Shown piece after piece: positions 25,090-35,441 of a stretch of DNA of 64,000 nucleotides (the stretch's first letter is position 1; every line of letters starts with the position of its first letter). The notes beneath the pieces are model-generated. The model did not search any database, had not been told where the DNA came from, and saw only the letters and a list, made by a program, of their open reading frames with translations. Location of the stretch: the NCBI GenBank assembly GCA_017399035.1, contig JAFQEM010000018.1:18389-82388 (forward strand), read 5' to 3'. Made by a program: the position numbers and the translations under genes. This DNA comes from Clostridia bacterium. Lineage in GTDB: Bacteria > Bacillota > Clostridia > Christensenellales > Borkfalkiaceae.

Positions 25090-27012
25090 TTATTTAATGT
25101 TTTTTAACAGTTTATAATACTCTTCAAAATTACCCCTTGTATCTATAGGTTCTGTAGAAAAACTTTCTGGTCCAAAAGTATCTAAATCAAGTTGTTCTTC
25201 TACGTTCAAATACCCTACCCCGTCAATATATAAAGTTCCGCCTCTGTGTGGAATAACGTGTTCGGTATGACCATTAAACGACGTTTCTTGCCCCGTTCTA
25301 ACGTCTCTTAAAATAATGCGACTACTTCCTTCAAAATACAGCATTTGGGTCTTACCCACCAAAATAACGCCGTAATCGCGGTCTTGGGGAAGACCTTTAT
25401 ATGCAAATTCTTCAATAAAATCTCTTATAGTGGTATCGCCTTCACTAAATCCGTCAACAGGCATTTTTACAACGCCTATATAATTATCCGTAACATTGTT
25501 AAAAAATGCTTGTTGCCAAATGATTCCGCCGTCAGACTGCGCTGCGGTTGAAAAAAATGCGTTGCCGTCAATTATGCAAGTTAATCTTAAACAGTCAAAT
25601 CGGGTTGCAACTGCGCCAACCTGCCAAACTACGTATGCGTAAGAAAAATCTACGCTTATATTCTTTTCTACGGCTTGCCACTCACAGTTTTCGTTAAGAA
25701 CGGACATAGAAATGTTATTTAAATCGCCAGAGAAATTTACACGATAAAGTCTTCCGTCGCTACCGTTGTGATAAAGGTTTGCTTTTCTATAATTATTTGC
25801 GCCAAACCTATCGTTGGTATTGTTAAGTTTATCGAATACTGCTTGATTCTTTTGCGCAAGTATAATTTTTTGACTTACTTTTCTTTCTGCATTACTATCC
25901 AGATTATCAGAATTCTTTAAATTGTTGTTCGCAAACAACATATTGCCATAAATATCGGTATACGCCCTACAAGAACCCACCGCCAAAAGAAATTCGCTAT
26001 CGTTAGGAAATTCCACCTTGTTAAAAGTTATTCCGTTTTCAGTCGCTAAAGGTCTATAATAAATAAACCCACCGGGCGCAGTTTTATCGTAAAGTTTGAT
26101 AATTCCACCACTTACCGAATAAATATATCCGAATTGACTTAAAGAACAAGTAAGCCCAGTTGAATTGTCTATGATGTAACTTTGATTAAAGTCGTCTGAC
26201 CAGTAGTTTATTTTGTGATAGTTTTCTTCGTCTTGATAAACTTTTATAGGTATCATACCCTTTTTACCATTTGAAGACTGAACGGTTATCCAGTTAAAAC
26301 CATATCCCCTTTCGCCATTGTTATCAATAATGTTTACGTAAGTGGGAAAACCACGTTCAGGGCCACAGTCGTCAGGAATCCTTGAATAATGTTGTATAAT
26401 CTTAATTTTACCTTCAACTGCGCTACTAATTGAAACGAAGGTAAAATTACCAACGGTATAAAGTTTATTTACCCTTGCGCCAAGAGATAAAACCGTGCCT
26501 ACAGCACCGCTCTCTTCTTCTTGAGTTATTTCATCTGAAATTTTGTCACAATCAACTTCTGCACACTCAACGCTTTTATGGTGATGTTTTTGATATTTTT
26601 TATTCAAATGTTTATAACTCTTCTTTACGCCACCGCCAAGATTATGAAAGTGTATATCCGAAACACCTTCTTCTGTCTTTTTTGCAAATTCGTTTTTTTT
26701 CTGTTTAGTATTATCACTATCATAAGTTTGTGCAGAAAAAGAACTTGTGTCTGCAGAAAAAGTACCTGCACTTGCAGACATAGGGTTTGCACTTGCAGTC
26801 GCTGGTGTTGTTTCTTTTTCTAAAATACCAAAACCTTCTGCTTCCATAAAATTTGCTACTTTGCCGTCAAGCATACTCGCTGAAATTTTGTTAACGGTTG
26901 ATGATTGCGGAGTAATATCGTTATTATTATTGTTGTTGGTTATACACCCTGCACTAGTAACCATTAAACACGTTGCCATTGCTAAAGAACAAAACTTTTT
27001 AACTATTTTCAT
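25090..27012 (-). CDS. Lipoprotein of unknown function
   Basis: 640 aa. Lipobox LMVTSAGC followed by a poly-Asn linker (ITNNNNNND) and an S/A/T-rich low-complexity segment. I recognise no catalytic motif. Confidence 0.6.
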   Translation of the reverse strand: MKIVKKFCSLAMATCLMVTSAGCITNNNNNNDITPQSSTVNKISASMLDGKVANFMEAEGFGILEKETTPATASANPMSASAGTFSADTSSFSAQTYDSDNTKQKKNEFAKKTEEGVSDIHFHNLGGGVKKSYKHLNKKYQKHHHKSVECAEVDCDKISDEITQEEESGAVGTVLSLGARVNKLYTVGNFTFVSISSAVEGKIKIIQHYSRIPDDCGPERGFPTYVNIIDNNGERGYGFNWITVQSSNGKKGMIPIKVYQDEENYHKINYWSDDFNQSYIIDNSTGLTCSLSQFGYIYSVSGGIIKLYDKTAPGGFIYYRPLATENGITFNKVEFPNDSEFLLAVGSCRAYTDIYGNMLFANNNLKNSDNLDSNAERKVSQKIILAQKNQAVFDKLNNTNDRFGANNYRKANLYHNGSDGRLYRVNFSGDLNNISMSVLNENCEWQAVEKNISVDFSYAYVVWQVGAVATRFDCLRLTCIIDGNAFFSTAAQSDGGIIWQQAFFNNVTDNYIGVVKMPVDGFSEGDTTIRDFIEEFAYKGLPQDRDYGVILVGKTQMLYFEGSSRIILRDVRTGQETSFNGHTEHVIPHRGGTLYIDGVGYLNVEEQLDLDTFGPESFSTEPIDTRGNFEEYYKLLKNIK

Positions 27013-27066
27013 TTTTATCCTTCCTAACTTTTATTTTATATATAAAATTTTTTTTAATATTAAAAT

Positions 27067-28176
27067 TTACTTCATAAATTCTAAAATTATATCGTTCTGC
27101 ACGTATAAATATTCGTCTTTTATAGTTAGAATATCGCCCTTTCTTTCCATAAAGCGCATTTTCTTTGCCAAAACTTCTTTATATTCATTATCAAAATCAA
27201 CCGAAAAATTTTGGTTAAACTCTTTTATATTAAGCCCGTCTGAAGTGCGAAGCGCAAGCATAATTTGTTCAAACTGCGCGTCTGAACCCTCTATAACGTC
27301 GCTAGAAATTTCGGGTGATTTATTATAAATTACCGCATTTATATATTCGTCAATCTTGAAAGTGTTTGTAAATCTTCTGCCGTCTACGAAAGAACTTGCA
27401 GAAACGCCCACCCCGATATATTCGCCACGTTTCCAGTAATTCATATTATGGCGCGACCTAAAGCCTGCCTTTGCAAAATTAGAAACTTCGTATCTCTCAA
27501 ACCCTTTTTCTTTTAAATAAGCGCGAACACCGTCGTAAACGTCGGCAGTTTCGTCATCAGATAGAAGTTCACCGTTAAGATAGTCAGTGTAAATAGGCGT
27601 CCCCACTTCGGGGGTAAGCGCATAAACGGAAATATGGCTTACGCCACCTGCCAACGCTAAATCAACCGTCTTTTTAACCTGCTCTAAAGTTTGGTCGTGC
27701 AAACCTATTAGCACGTCTGCGCTAATATTTTCACCTTTTAAAAGATTGCAACACTGCAAAAAATCTTTTGCAGTATGTATTCTGTTCAACTTTTTTAACT
27801 GCTCGTCAAAACCAGTTTGCAAACCTATTGAAAAACGATTTATGCCAACCTGTTTATAAAGTTTAATCTTTTGTTCGTCAACCGTGCCTGGATTAAGTTC
27901 AATGGTGATTTCCGCATCTTTTTTGACGGTAAAACACTTTTTAACCTGCCTTATTGCGCCCGCAATTAAATTAGCGTCAACAACCGACGGCGTGCCACCG
28001 CCGATATAAACCGTGTCAATAATTTTATTAGGATATTGTTTTGCCCTGCCCTGAATTTCACGATATAAACAAGCAAAATAACTTTCAGCCTTTGAGAGTT
28101 CACGAGGATAAGATGCAAAGTCGCAATAAGTGCATTTTTGTTTACAAAAGGGAACGTGAATATAAATTCCTGCCAT
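27067..28176 (-). CDS. hemW: Radical SAM family heme chaperone HemW (oxygen-independent coproporphyrinogen III oxidase-like)
   Basis: 369 aa. MAGIYIHVPFCKQKCTYCDF (CxxxCxxC). The position immediately downstream of lepA is conserved in Firmicutes. Confidence 0.88.
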   Translation of the reverse strand: MAGIYIHVPFCKQKCTYCDFASYPRELSKAESYFACLYREIQGRAKQYPNKIIDTVYIGGGTPSVVDANLIAGAIRQVKKCFTVKKDAEITIELNPGTVDEQKIKLYKQVGINRFSIGLQTGFDEQLKKLNRIHTAKDFLQCCNLLKGENISADVLIGLHDQTLEQVKKTVDLALAGGVSHISVYALTPEVGTPIYTDYLNGELLSDDETADVYDGVRAYLKEKGFERYEVSNFAKAGFRSRHNMNYWKRGEYIGVGVSASSFVDGRRFTNTFKIDEYINAVIYNKSPEISSDVIEGSDAQFEQIMLALRTSDGLNIKEFNQNFSVDFDNEYKEVLAKKMRFMERKGDILTIKDEYLYVQNDIILEFMK

Positions 28177-28179
28177 AAT

Positions 28180-29991
28180 TTACCTGTCGTTATCTGTTTT
28201 AAGTATAGATATAAACGCCTCGGACGGAATTTCAACCGTACCGATAGAACGCATTTTCTTTTTACCTTCTTTTTGCTTTTCAAGAAGTTTTTTCTTTCTG
28301 GTAACGTCGCCACCGTAACATTTAGCAAGAACGTCTTTTCTAAACGCCTTAACCGTTTCACGCGCAATAATCTTTCCGCCTATTGCCGCTTGAATAGGGA
28401 TTTCAAACATTTGACGTGGGATAACGTCTTTAAGTTTTTCGGCTATCTGTCTACCACGCTCATACGCTTTGTCTTTATGAACGATAATTGAAAGCGCGTC
28501 GCAAATATCGCCGTTTAAGAGCATATCCATCTTTACTAAATCACTTCTTTGATAGCCCGCAATTTCATAATCGAAAGATGCGTAGCCTTTGGTGCGCGAT
28601 TTTAAACTGTCGAAAAAGTCGTAAATAATTTCGTTAAGCGGTAAAGTATATTTAAGTTCAACCCTAGTTTTATCTAAATACACCATATCCTTATAAACGC
28701 CACGCTTAAATTGACAAAGTTCCATAATAGGTCCAACGTAATCAGGTGGGGTAAATATGCTTGCGTTTATAACTGGTTCTTCCATATAGTCAATTTCGGT
28801 TACGGGTGGTAAGTGCGTGGGATTTTCTATAACCAACTGCGTGCCGTCGGTTTTATAAACCTTATACGAAACGGACGGAGCGGTGGTTATTATATCAAGG
28901 TCGAACTCTCGCTCTATTCTCTCTTGAATAACGTCCATATGCAGTAACCCCAAAAATCCGCAACGGAAACCAAAACCAAGAGCGGCAGAGTTATCTGGTT
29001 CAATAGACAACGCAGCGTCGTTTAGTTTTAATTTCAAAAGCGCGTCTTTAAGGTCGTTAAATTTGCTACCATCTAACGGAAACACGCCCGAGAAAACCAT
29101 AGGCAAAGCCTTTTTGTAACCTGCAAGCGGTTCTAACGCAGGGTTTTCCACTTGAGTTATAGTGTCGCCAACCGCAGTATCTTCAATACTTTTAATACTT
29201 GCGGCAATATAACCAACTTCGCCTGCGCAAAGTTCGTCTTTGGGTTGCATTTTTGGCGAAAATACGCCAACTTCAGTAACGTCGAACTGCTTATCCGACA
29301 TAAAGGTTTTAATCTTCGTGCCTATTTTAACCTTTCCGTCCATAATGCGCACGAAACAAATAACGCCCTTAAAATTATCGTAATAACTATCGAAAATAAG
29401 CGCTTTAAGAGGTGCGTTTTCATCACCCTTTGGGGCAGGTACTTTTTCTATAATCTGCTCTAAAACTTCTTCAATATTATAACCGGTTTTTGCAGATATA
29501 CGAGGCGCGTCAGTAGCCTCTATCCCTAAAATTTCTTCCACTTCCATAGCCACGTCGTCAGGGCGCGCGCTTGCAAGGTCTACCTTATTTATAACCGGCA
29601 TAATCTCTAAATCGTTATCAATGGCAAGGTATGCGTTAGCAAGCGTTTGAGCCTGAACACCTTGAGTTGCGTCTACAATTAAAATTGCCCCCTCGCACGC
29701 TTTAAGCGAACGTGAAACTTCATACGTAAAGTCCACGTGCCCAGGGGTATCTATAAGGTTAAAAACATACTCTTTGCCGTTCTTTGCCTTGTAAAACATT
29801 CTAACGGGCGTAAGTTTTATGGTTATTCCGCGTTCTCTCTCTAAATCCATTGAGTCAAGAAGTTGTTCTTCCATATCACGCTCGCTAACCTGCCCAGTCT
29901 TTTCCATAAGACGGTCTGCAAGCGTACTTTTACCGTGGTCGATATGCGCCACTATACAGAAATTTCTAACGTTTTCTTTGTTGATTGACAT
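28180..29991 (-). CDS. lepA: Translation elongation factor 4 (LepA)
   Basis: 603 aa. [31 protein letters not shown] and the LepA-specific C-terminal domain (IPQEAF-like IPSEAF). Confidence 0.95.
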   Translation of the reverse strand: MSINKENVRNFCIVAHIDHGKSTLADRLMEKTGQVSERDMEEQLLDSMDLERERGITIKLTPVRMFYKAKNGKEYVFNLIDTPGHVDFTYEVSRSLKACEGAILIVDATQGVQAQTLANAYLAIDNDLEIMPVINKVDLASARPDDVAMEVEEILGIEATDAPRISAKTGYNIEEVLEQIIEKVPAPKGDENAPLKALIFDSYYDNFKGVICFVRIMDGKVKIGTKIKTFMSDKQFDVTEVGVFSPKMQPKDELCAGEVGYIAASIKSIEDTAVGDTITQVENPALEPLAGYKKALPMVFSGVFPLDGSKFNDLKDALLKLKLNDAALSIEPDNSAALGFGFRCGFLGLLHMDVIQERIEREFDLDIITTAPSVSYKVYKTDGTQLVIENPTHLPPVTEIDYMEEPVINASIFTPPDYVGPIMELCQFKRGVYKDMVYLDKTRVELKYTLPLNEIIYDFFDSLKSRTKGYASFDYEIAGYQRSDLVKMDMLLNGDICDALSIIVHKDKAYERGRQIAEKLKDVIPRQMFEIPIQAAIGGKIIARETVKAFRKDVLAKCYGGDVTRKKKLLEKQKEGKKKMRSIGTVEIPSEAFISILKTDNDR

Positions 29992-30075
29992 ATATTACCT
30001 TTTAATGTATAATAATCTCATATAGTATATATCATTGACAAAAATTTTGCAAGTAAATTAAAAACGGTGTTAAAA

Positions 30076-30798
30076 ATGAGAATAAATAATGATTGTTGGC
30101 TGTTAAATAAACCTATTGCCCACAGGGGGCTTTGGGGAAACGGTATAATTGAAAATTCTTTACCCGCATACGAAAACGCAATAAAACACGGCTACCCTAT
30201 TGAAATTGACGTTTATCAGTCTAAAGACGGCGTGCTTTTATCTTTTCACGACCAAACCTTAAAGCGTATGACTGGCGCAGACGGTTATATTTTTGAAAAT
30301 ACTTACGAAGAGATAAAAAAACTAAACCTTAATGGTAGCGAGCATAAAATACCCACGCTAAAACAGGTGTTAGATTTAGTTGACGGCAAAGTTCCGCTAC
30401 TTATAGAGTTTAAAGATATGCCAGATAAAAGTTACGTAAATAGCGCAGTTAAAATGCTCAAAGAATATAAAGGGGAATTTGCAGTGCAGTCGTTTAATCC
30501 CCTAATACTAAAGAAGATTAAAAAACTTGCGCCCGAATTTTTAAGAGGAATTTTGGCAACCGCAAGCCACGGCAAAAACTTACCCTTTTTAAAGCGTCAA
30601 ATTATAAAAAATATGTCGCTCAACTTTTTAATTAACCCCGACTTTATAAGTTATTCTTTTCAAGACTTACCGCTAAAAAAGAGTAAAACAAAAAATCTGC
30701 CCGTTATAACTTGGACGGTAACCGACCAACAAACCGCAGATAAAATTAAACCTTTTGCAAAAAACATTATTTTTGAAAAATTTATTCCCAACCCTTAA
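30076..30798 (+). CDS. Glycerophosphodiester phosphodiesterase family protein
   Basis: IAHRGLWGNGIIENSLPAYENAIKHGYPIEIDV (HRG ... E-x-D signature). The ATG at 30076 is preferred; the track uses GTG at 30067. Confidence 0.8.
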   Translation: MRINNDCWLLNKPIAHRGLWGNGIIENSLPAYENAIKHGYPIEIDVYQSKDGVLLSFHDQTLKRMTGADGYIFENTYEEIKKLNLNGSEHKIPTLKQVLDLVDGKVPLLIEFKDMPDKSYVNSAVKMLKEYKGEFAVQSFNPLILKKIKKLAPEFLRGILATASHGKNLPFLKRQIIKNMSLNFLINPDFISYSFQDLPLKKSKTKNLPVITWTVTDQQTADKIKPFAKNIIFEKFIPNP

Positions 30799-30924
30799 AA
30801 CTTAATATTTTTATAAAAATCAACAAAATACTTACAAAAACAACGCTTGCGACTTTATAAAGGCGTATTTTTGACGGCGCAAGTTGATAAACTTAATACG
30901 ATAACTTTTGGGGGTGATTGTATT

Positions 30925-31167
30925 ATGACTATTAACGACGCCGTTGCAAAGAGAATAAAAAAACTTTTAAAACAACAAAATAAAACTCAATATCGGCTTG
31001 AAAAGAGTTCTTTTATTGCACACGGTGCAATGAACAATATTTTAGCAGGCAAAAACAAAACGGTAACTCTTACCACCGTTTATAGACTTGCGCAAGGTTT
31101 TAATATGAGCATAAACGAATTTTTAGACGATAAAGTTTTTCGTTCTGAAGAACTTGAACTAGAATAG
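30925..31167 (+). CDS. XRE-family helix-turn-helix transcriptional regulator
   Basis: From M27 of the track ORF (RBS ggggtga): MTINDAVAKRIKKLLKQQNKTQYRLEKSS...LTTVYRLAQGFNMSINEFL, a Cro/C1-type HTH. Confidence 0.75.
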   Translation: MTINDAVAKRIKKLLKQQNKTQYRLEKSSFIAHGAMNNILAGKNKTVTLTTVYRLAQGFNMSINEFLDDKVFRSEELELE

Positions 31168-31249
31168 TTTAAAAAATTAAAAGGACTAAACCAAAATTTA
31201 GCGTTTTTTGTAGTTCCTATAAGGGAATTAAATTTAATACAAAAGTAAA

Positions 31250-31287
31250 GCCCACTATACTTCGCAAAAAAGCGAAATATGGTGGGC
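31250..31287. terminator. Bidirectional terminator between the XRE gene (+) and spoIIID (-)
   Basis: 16-bp stem (one mismatch): gcccactatacttcgc / gcgaaatatggtgggc around an a6 loop. T-rich on both flanks. Confidence 0.75.
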
Positions 31288-31315
31288 TTAATCTTTGCCA
31301 CAAAAGATAAAAAAT

Positions 31316-31564
31316 TTATTTTTTTAAGTATTTTAATCTTGTAGCCTCACCGCCACGGATATGGCGTTCTGAAAGATTTTTTTCTAGCACAGACTTTACC
31401 TTTTTATGTAAATCACGGTTGATAAAATAAAGCCGTTCGGTTACGTCTTTATGCACGGTAGACTTTGAAAAATGAAAAACTTTAGCCGTTGCCCTGACCG
31501 TTGCACCCGTCGTTGCAATATATTCTGCCTCGTCTAAAATTCTATCGGTAATATCTTCACGCAA
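31316..31564 (-). CDS. spoIIID: Sporulation transcriptional regulator SpoIIID
   Basis: 82 aa. ...TVRATAKVFHFSKSTVHKDVTERL...SERHIRGGEATRLKYLKK matches B. subtilis SpoIIID (TVRVIAKEFGVSKSTVHKDLTERL...IRHLRGGEATKLKY). TTG start with RBS aaggggg. Confidence 0.9.
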   Translation of the reverse strand: MREDITDRILDEAEYIATTGATVRATAKVFHFSKSTVHKDVTERLYFINRDLHKKVKSVLEKNLSERHIRGGEATRLKYLKK

Positions 31565-31595
31565 AACTGCTATTCCCCCTTTTATAGAATAGTTT

Positions 31596-31624
31596 AAGTT
31601 ATGCGTTTTTTCGACAAAATATAA
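31596..31624 (-). promoter_or_regulatory. Candidate sigma-E type promoter of spoIIID
   Basis: Minus strand: TTATATT (31624-31618), 14 nt, CATAACTT (31603-31596), compared with consensus kmATATT-N14-CATACAnT. The spacer contains TGTCGAA. It lies about 30 nt upstream of the start codon. Confidence 0.4.
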
Positions 31625-31692
31625 CCAAAGGCGCGCTCAAGTTTTGAGTGCGCCTTATTTTTTAGTTAAACTAACGCCGATATGCTGTAATA

Positions 31693-32337
31693 CTATTTTT
31701 TAGTTATAACTTTTATAATATCAAAGTCCGTAAAGAACTTGCAAAACTTTTTATCTTGATTTTTGTCAATAAGATTATATAGCCACTTCACAATAAAGTA
31801 TGAACATACACCGCATATTCCACCTATGATTGCCCCCGCAATAACGTCGGTTGTATAATGCACGGTAAAATAAACTCTAGTTAAGCACATCACGGCAACT
31901 AAAATAAACCCTAACCAACTCCATTTTTTGTTAGCAGTTAAAAACAGGGCGGTCATTGCCGTAGCCGTTGCTGTTGCATGCCCTGACGGAAAAGAAGATT
32001 CCCCCACCTTAAGTGCTCCTGCGAATTGCCAAAACTCTCTGTACTTTTCATCAGCAAGAAAAGGTCTAGTTCTATCCACCAAGTTTTTAAGGATAACGTT
32101 AGTTAAAATTCCGCCAAGCATAAGCGAAACGCCTATGGCAAGCCCAACTTTTCTACTCTTTTTAAAGAGTAAACATATAACGGCAAGCACGATAAACGCC
32201 CAACCGCCGTTACCTAAAAATGTAATAAACTTAAATAAAGGCGTAAACACGCCCCCTGCGTTTTTGCAGAGCGCGTGCATAGAAAAAAATATTTTTCTGT
32301 CAAAAGAATAGAAAGCCGAATCTAGCCAACTTGCCAT
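31693..32337 (-). CDS. PAP2-family membrane phosphatase (undecaprenyl-diphosphatase/lipid phosphatase type)
   Basis: 214 aa. Motifs KNLVDRTRP, PSGHA and TRVYFTVHYTTD (KX6RP / PSGH / SRX5HX3D). Confidence 0.8.
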   Translation of the reverse strand: MASWLDSAFYSFDRKIFFSMHALCKNAGGVFTPLFKFITFLGNGGWAFIVLAVICLLFKKSRKVGLAIGVSLMLGGILTNVILKNLVDRTRPFLADEKYREFWQFAGALKVGESSFPSGHATATATAMTALFLTANKKWSWLGFILVAVMCLTRVYFTVHYTTDVIAGAIIGGICGVCSYFIVKWLYNLIDKNQDKKFCKFFTDFDIIKVITKK

Positions 32338-32349
32338 AATTTGCCCCTT

Positions 32350-33111
32350 TTAGATTATATCCGATAAGGCGTTAAACCATTCACGGTATTGAAAAGCAAT
32401 ATTTTCTTTGCTATGAGAATCGCTTGACATTATAAACTTTGCGCCACGGGCTTTAAGGTATTTTATTACGTCTAAAGATGGATAAGGCGTAGTTTTATAC
32501 CCGCGTGATATTGCGCCCGTGTTTATTTCAAACGGCTTGCCACTTTTTAAAATTCTATCCGCCGCCGTTTGCCACGCCTTGACGTATCTAGGATTATTTT
32601 GGTCAAAATAACGGTTACCCTCGTTAAACTTTATAATAAGGTCAAAATGCCCAACTATATCTGCTTTGGTTTTTTCCATAACGGTTGCAAGCGTTGAATA
32701 ATAATTTTCTACCGCACAATAATAATCCCCGTTAAAAACCTTTTTAACCACGTTTTCAAAATATTCCCTACTATGGTCCACGTGATAAAACTTTCCGTCC
32801 ACAAAAAAATAGTGCAACGAACCTATTGCATAATCAAACTCTTCAATAGGGTAATTTGAAAAATAATCTTGTTCTACACCGCATAAAACTTCAATCTTAT
32901 CAGCGTATTTGTCTTTAAGCCTTGCCATTTCTGCTATAAACGGCTTAATATTTTCAAATTTTATGCAATAAGTTCCGTCCATATCCGTATACGAATGCAC
33001 GCACACGCCCACACGCTTAAGTCCTTTTTCTATTGCACAAACCACCATATCTTCCGGACTATCTTTTCCGTCGCAAAAACTAGTGTGCATATGCAAATCA
33101 GAATAAATCAT
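32350..33111 (-). CDS. hisJ: Histidinol-phosphatase, PHP (HisJ) family
   Basis: 253 aa. [16 protein letters not shown] ... SDSH. It is the last his-operon gene and overlaps the hisIE stop by 4 nt. Confidence 0.85.
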   Translation of the reverse strand: MIYSDLHMHTSFCDGKDSPEDMVVCAIEKGLKRVGVCVHSYTDMDGTYCIKFENIKPFIAEMARLKDKYADKIEVLCGVEQDYFSNYPIEEFDYAIGSLHYFFVDGKFYHVDHSREYFENVVKKVFNGDYYCAVENYYSTLATVMEKTKADIVGHFDLIIKFNEGNRYFDQNNPRYVKAWQTAADRILKSGKPFEINTGAISRGYKTTPYPSLDVIKYLKARGAKFIMSSDSHSKENIAFQYREWFNALSDII

Positions 33112-33758
33112 TTGGTCATTTTCTCCTGCTTAACTTTGTGGTCGATAATATGCCTTGACGCAAGTTCTTTATGCACTTCTTCAAGCGATATACCCATCTC
33201 GGTCATAAGCACCATAACGTGATAAGTTAGGTCGGCAATTTCGTAAACCGTTTCTTTTTTATCGTTTGCTTTTGCCGCTATAATTACTTCAGTATTTTCT
33301 TCGCCAACCTTCTTTAAAATTTTATCTATACCCTTTTGGAAAAGATAAGTGGTATAAGAACCCTCTGGCAATGTTTCTTTTCTTCCCTTTAAAAGGTCCA
33401 TAAGCCCTTCAAGTGAAAAACTTTTAAGTTCTGGATTTTGATGCACAGGGTTATGAAAACAACTATCTTGACCAAGGTGGCAAGCAGGCCCGTCTTTTTC
33501 TACTTCTACAACCAAAGCGTCGTAATCACAATCAGCGGTTATCGAAACCACGTGTTGATAGTTTCCACTTGTTTCGCCCTTTAGCCACAACTCTTTTCTT
33601 GACCTACTCCAAAAACAAGTAAGGTTTTTTTCTAAAGTGATTTTAAGGCTCTCTTCGTTCATATAAGCAAGCGTCAAAACCTTTTTGGTTACGGTGTCAA
33701 CGACAACCGCGGGGATAAGTCCGTTTTCATCAAATTTGAGTTTTTTAATATCTAACAT
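33108..33758 (-). CDS. hisIE: Bifunctional phosphoribosyl-AMP cyclohydrolase / phosphoribosyl-ATP pyrophosphatase HisIE
   Basis: From M20 (RBS aaaggtga): LIPAVVVD...LAYMNEESL...FWSRSR..LW.KGETSGN...DCD (HisI), then the EE..E..YH HisE half. Confidence 0.9.
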   Translation of the reverse strand: MLDIKKLKFDENGLIPAVVVDTVTKKVLTLAYMNEESLKITLEKNLTCFWSRSRKELWLKGETSGNYQHVVSITADCDYDALVVEVEKDGPACHLGQDSCFHNPVHQNPELKSFSLEGLMDLLKGRKETLPEGSYTTYLFQKGIDKILKKVGEENTEVIIAAKANDKKETVYEIADLTYHVMVLMTEMGISLEEVHKELASRHIIDHKVKQEKMTK

Positions 33759-33772
33759 AATTTCACCTTTAA

Positions 33773-34327
33773 TTATTTTTCTATAGTTAATAGTTCGCAA
33801 TATTTTAAGTGGCACAACGTTTCTATAGTAAATTCGTTTAGTTTAACCTTTTTTTCGCTTTCAACCTTTAGCCACTCGCCGTCTTGCCAGTAACAGATTA
33901 TTTTCATTTGCGGAACTTCGTTAAGTATGCCTTCTACAAACGAACGAATATCCGCATACTCTTTAAGCCCGTCTTTCTCGCCCGTGGTTTTTGATAAGTT
34001 GTCAATTAAATCGTAAATGCACAGTGAGGGAAAATCTAATTCAACACTCTCTTCACCATCAACGGATAACGCCTTAACTTTCTTTTTCTTTGCGCGTTTT
34101 TTTGTTAGCGCATAAGTTTCCCACATAACGCGATTTTCTTCTAAAAAAGCGTAATACCTTTTAACCCTTTCGTCCTTTTCAACCTCTTGCATCAATTCGT
34201 TTACTTTAGGATAAACTTCTTCGCTCATAAGTTTGCTTTTTTCTTGGTCGGAAAGGTTTTTATTTTCCATAATTTCACACGACTTTTCTTGTTCAAACTT
34301 ACGAACGGAATCAAACGCAGAGTTCAT
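33773..34327 (-). CDS. Hypothetical protein embedded in the his operon
   Basis: 184 aa, charged and helical. No recognisable motif. Its start overlaps the upstream ORF's stop (ATGA). Confidence 0.55.
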   Translation of the reverse strand: MNSAFDSVRKFEQEKSCEIMENKNLSDQEKSKLMSEEVYPKVNELMQEVEKDERVKRYYAFLEENRVMWETYALTKKRAKKKKVKALSVDGEESVELDFPSLCIYDLIDNLSKTTGEKDGLKEYADIRSFVEGILNEVPQMKIICYWQDGEWLKVESEKKVKLNEFTIETLCHLKYCELLTIEK

Positions 34328-34680
34328 TTCTTTTGAATACTTTTGTAAAGTTTATCAAACGCCTTTTTTTCACTTTCGTATTCTTTTCTTTCCATAAACT
34401 CTTTTAGAGTGTTAAACTTTTCAAACTGGTCGTCTATAATCTTTTTCCAACACTCACTATAAGTCAACTGCGGTTGGTCTTGAAATTTACACGGCAGAGA
34501 ATCACAATTACAGCGCATACCACCGCTAATGTAAAAAGAATATTGCTCTTTAAGGTCGTCTAAAATTTGTTCGTCGTCAATACATTCGGCAACTTCAAAC
34601 CCCATAAGTTCTTTCATAAGGTTTAAAACCTTTTGCTTTTCAAGGGTTTTTGGCACGCAATATACGTTAAGTTGGCACAT
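34324..34680 (-). CDS. Hypothetical Cys-containing protein embedded in the his operon
   Basis: 118 aa. It contains GGMRCNCDSLPCKF and starts 2 nt after the hisF stop. Confidence 0.55.
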   Translation of the reverse strand: MCQLNVYCVPKTLEKQKVLNLMKELMGFEVAECIDDEQILDDLKEQYSFYISGGMRCNCDSLPCKFQDQPQLTYSECWKKIIDDQFEKFNTLKEFMERKEYESEKKAFDKLYKSIQKK

Positions 34681-34682
34681 AA

Positions 34683-35441
34683 CTATCTCCTTACGGCAAT
34701 ACCGCTTTCATAAAGCCTATCTTTCAAATCTTTAATTTTAACTTCGCCAAAATGGAAAATCGAGGCGGCAAGCCCTGCGTCTACCTTTGGTAAAGTTTTA
34801 AACAATTTTATAAAATGGTCAATATTACCCGCACCGCCTGATGCAATTACCGGTACGGACACGGCGTTGCAAACTGCCGATAGCATCTCTAAATCAAACC
34901 CGCCTTTAACGCCGTCAGTGTCAATAGAGTTAAGCACAATTTCGCCTGCACCGTTATCTACGCCACGCTTAATCCACTCTACTGCTTCCATACCCGTGTT
35001 TTCTCTACCACCTTTTGCGAATACACGGAATACGCCGTCTACGCGTTTAACGTCTGCCGACAATACTACGCATTGATTTCCGTAACGCTTTGCCGCTTGA
35101 TAAATTAGGTCGGGATTTCTTATTGCCCCCGAATTTACGCTTACCTTATCTGCGCCACACTTAAGCACCCTATCAAAATCATCAAGAGTATTGATTCCAC
35201 CGCCAACGGTTAAGGGGATAAAAATAGTGCTTGCAACTTCTTTTAAAATATCCGTAAATAACGCGCGCCCTTCTGCAGATGCGGTTATATCGTAAAAAAC
35301 CAACTCGTCTGCGCCACAGTCGCTGTAATATTTGCCAAGTTCAACGGGCGAAGACACGTCGGATAATCCTTCAAAATTTACACCTTTAACGACCCTGCCG
35401 TTCTTTACGTCAAGACAGGGGATAATTCTTTTAGTTATCAT
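34683..35441 (-). CDS. hisF: Imidazole glycerol phosphate synthase cyclase subunit HisF
   Basis: MITKRIIPCLDVKNGRVVKGVNF...ADELVFYDITAS...GGGI...ASGGAG. Confidence 0.95.
   Translation of the reverse strand: MITKRIIPCLDVKNGRVVKGVNFEGLSDVSSPVELGKYYSDCGADELVFYDITASAEGRALFTDILKEVASTIFIPLTVGGGINTLDDFDRVLKCGADKVSVNSGAIRNPDLIYQAAKRYGNQCVVLSADVKRVDGVFRVFAKGGRENTGMEAVEWIKRGVDNGAGEIVLNSIDTDGVKGGFDLEMLSAVCNAVSVPVIASGGAGNIDHFIKLFKTLPKVDAGLAASIFHFGEVKIKDLKDRLYESGIAVRR

Noticed and set aside
26747-28491. ORFs 26747-27328 (+), 27966-28367 (-), 28138-28491 (+), plus 26475-26823 (+)
   Set aside because: They overlap the lipoprotein, hemW and lepA genes on the opposite strand or in alternative frames, and I recognise no family features in them.
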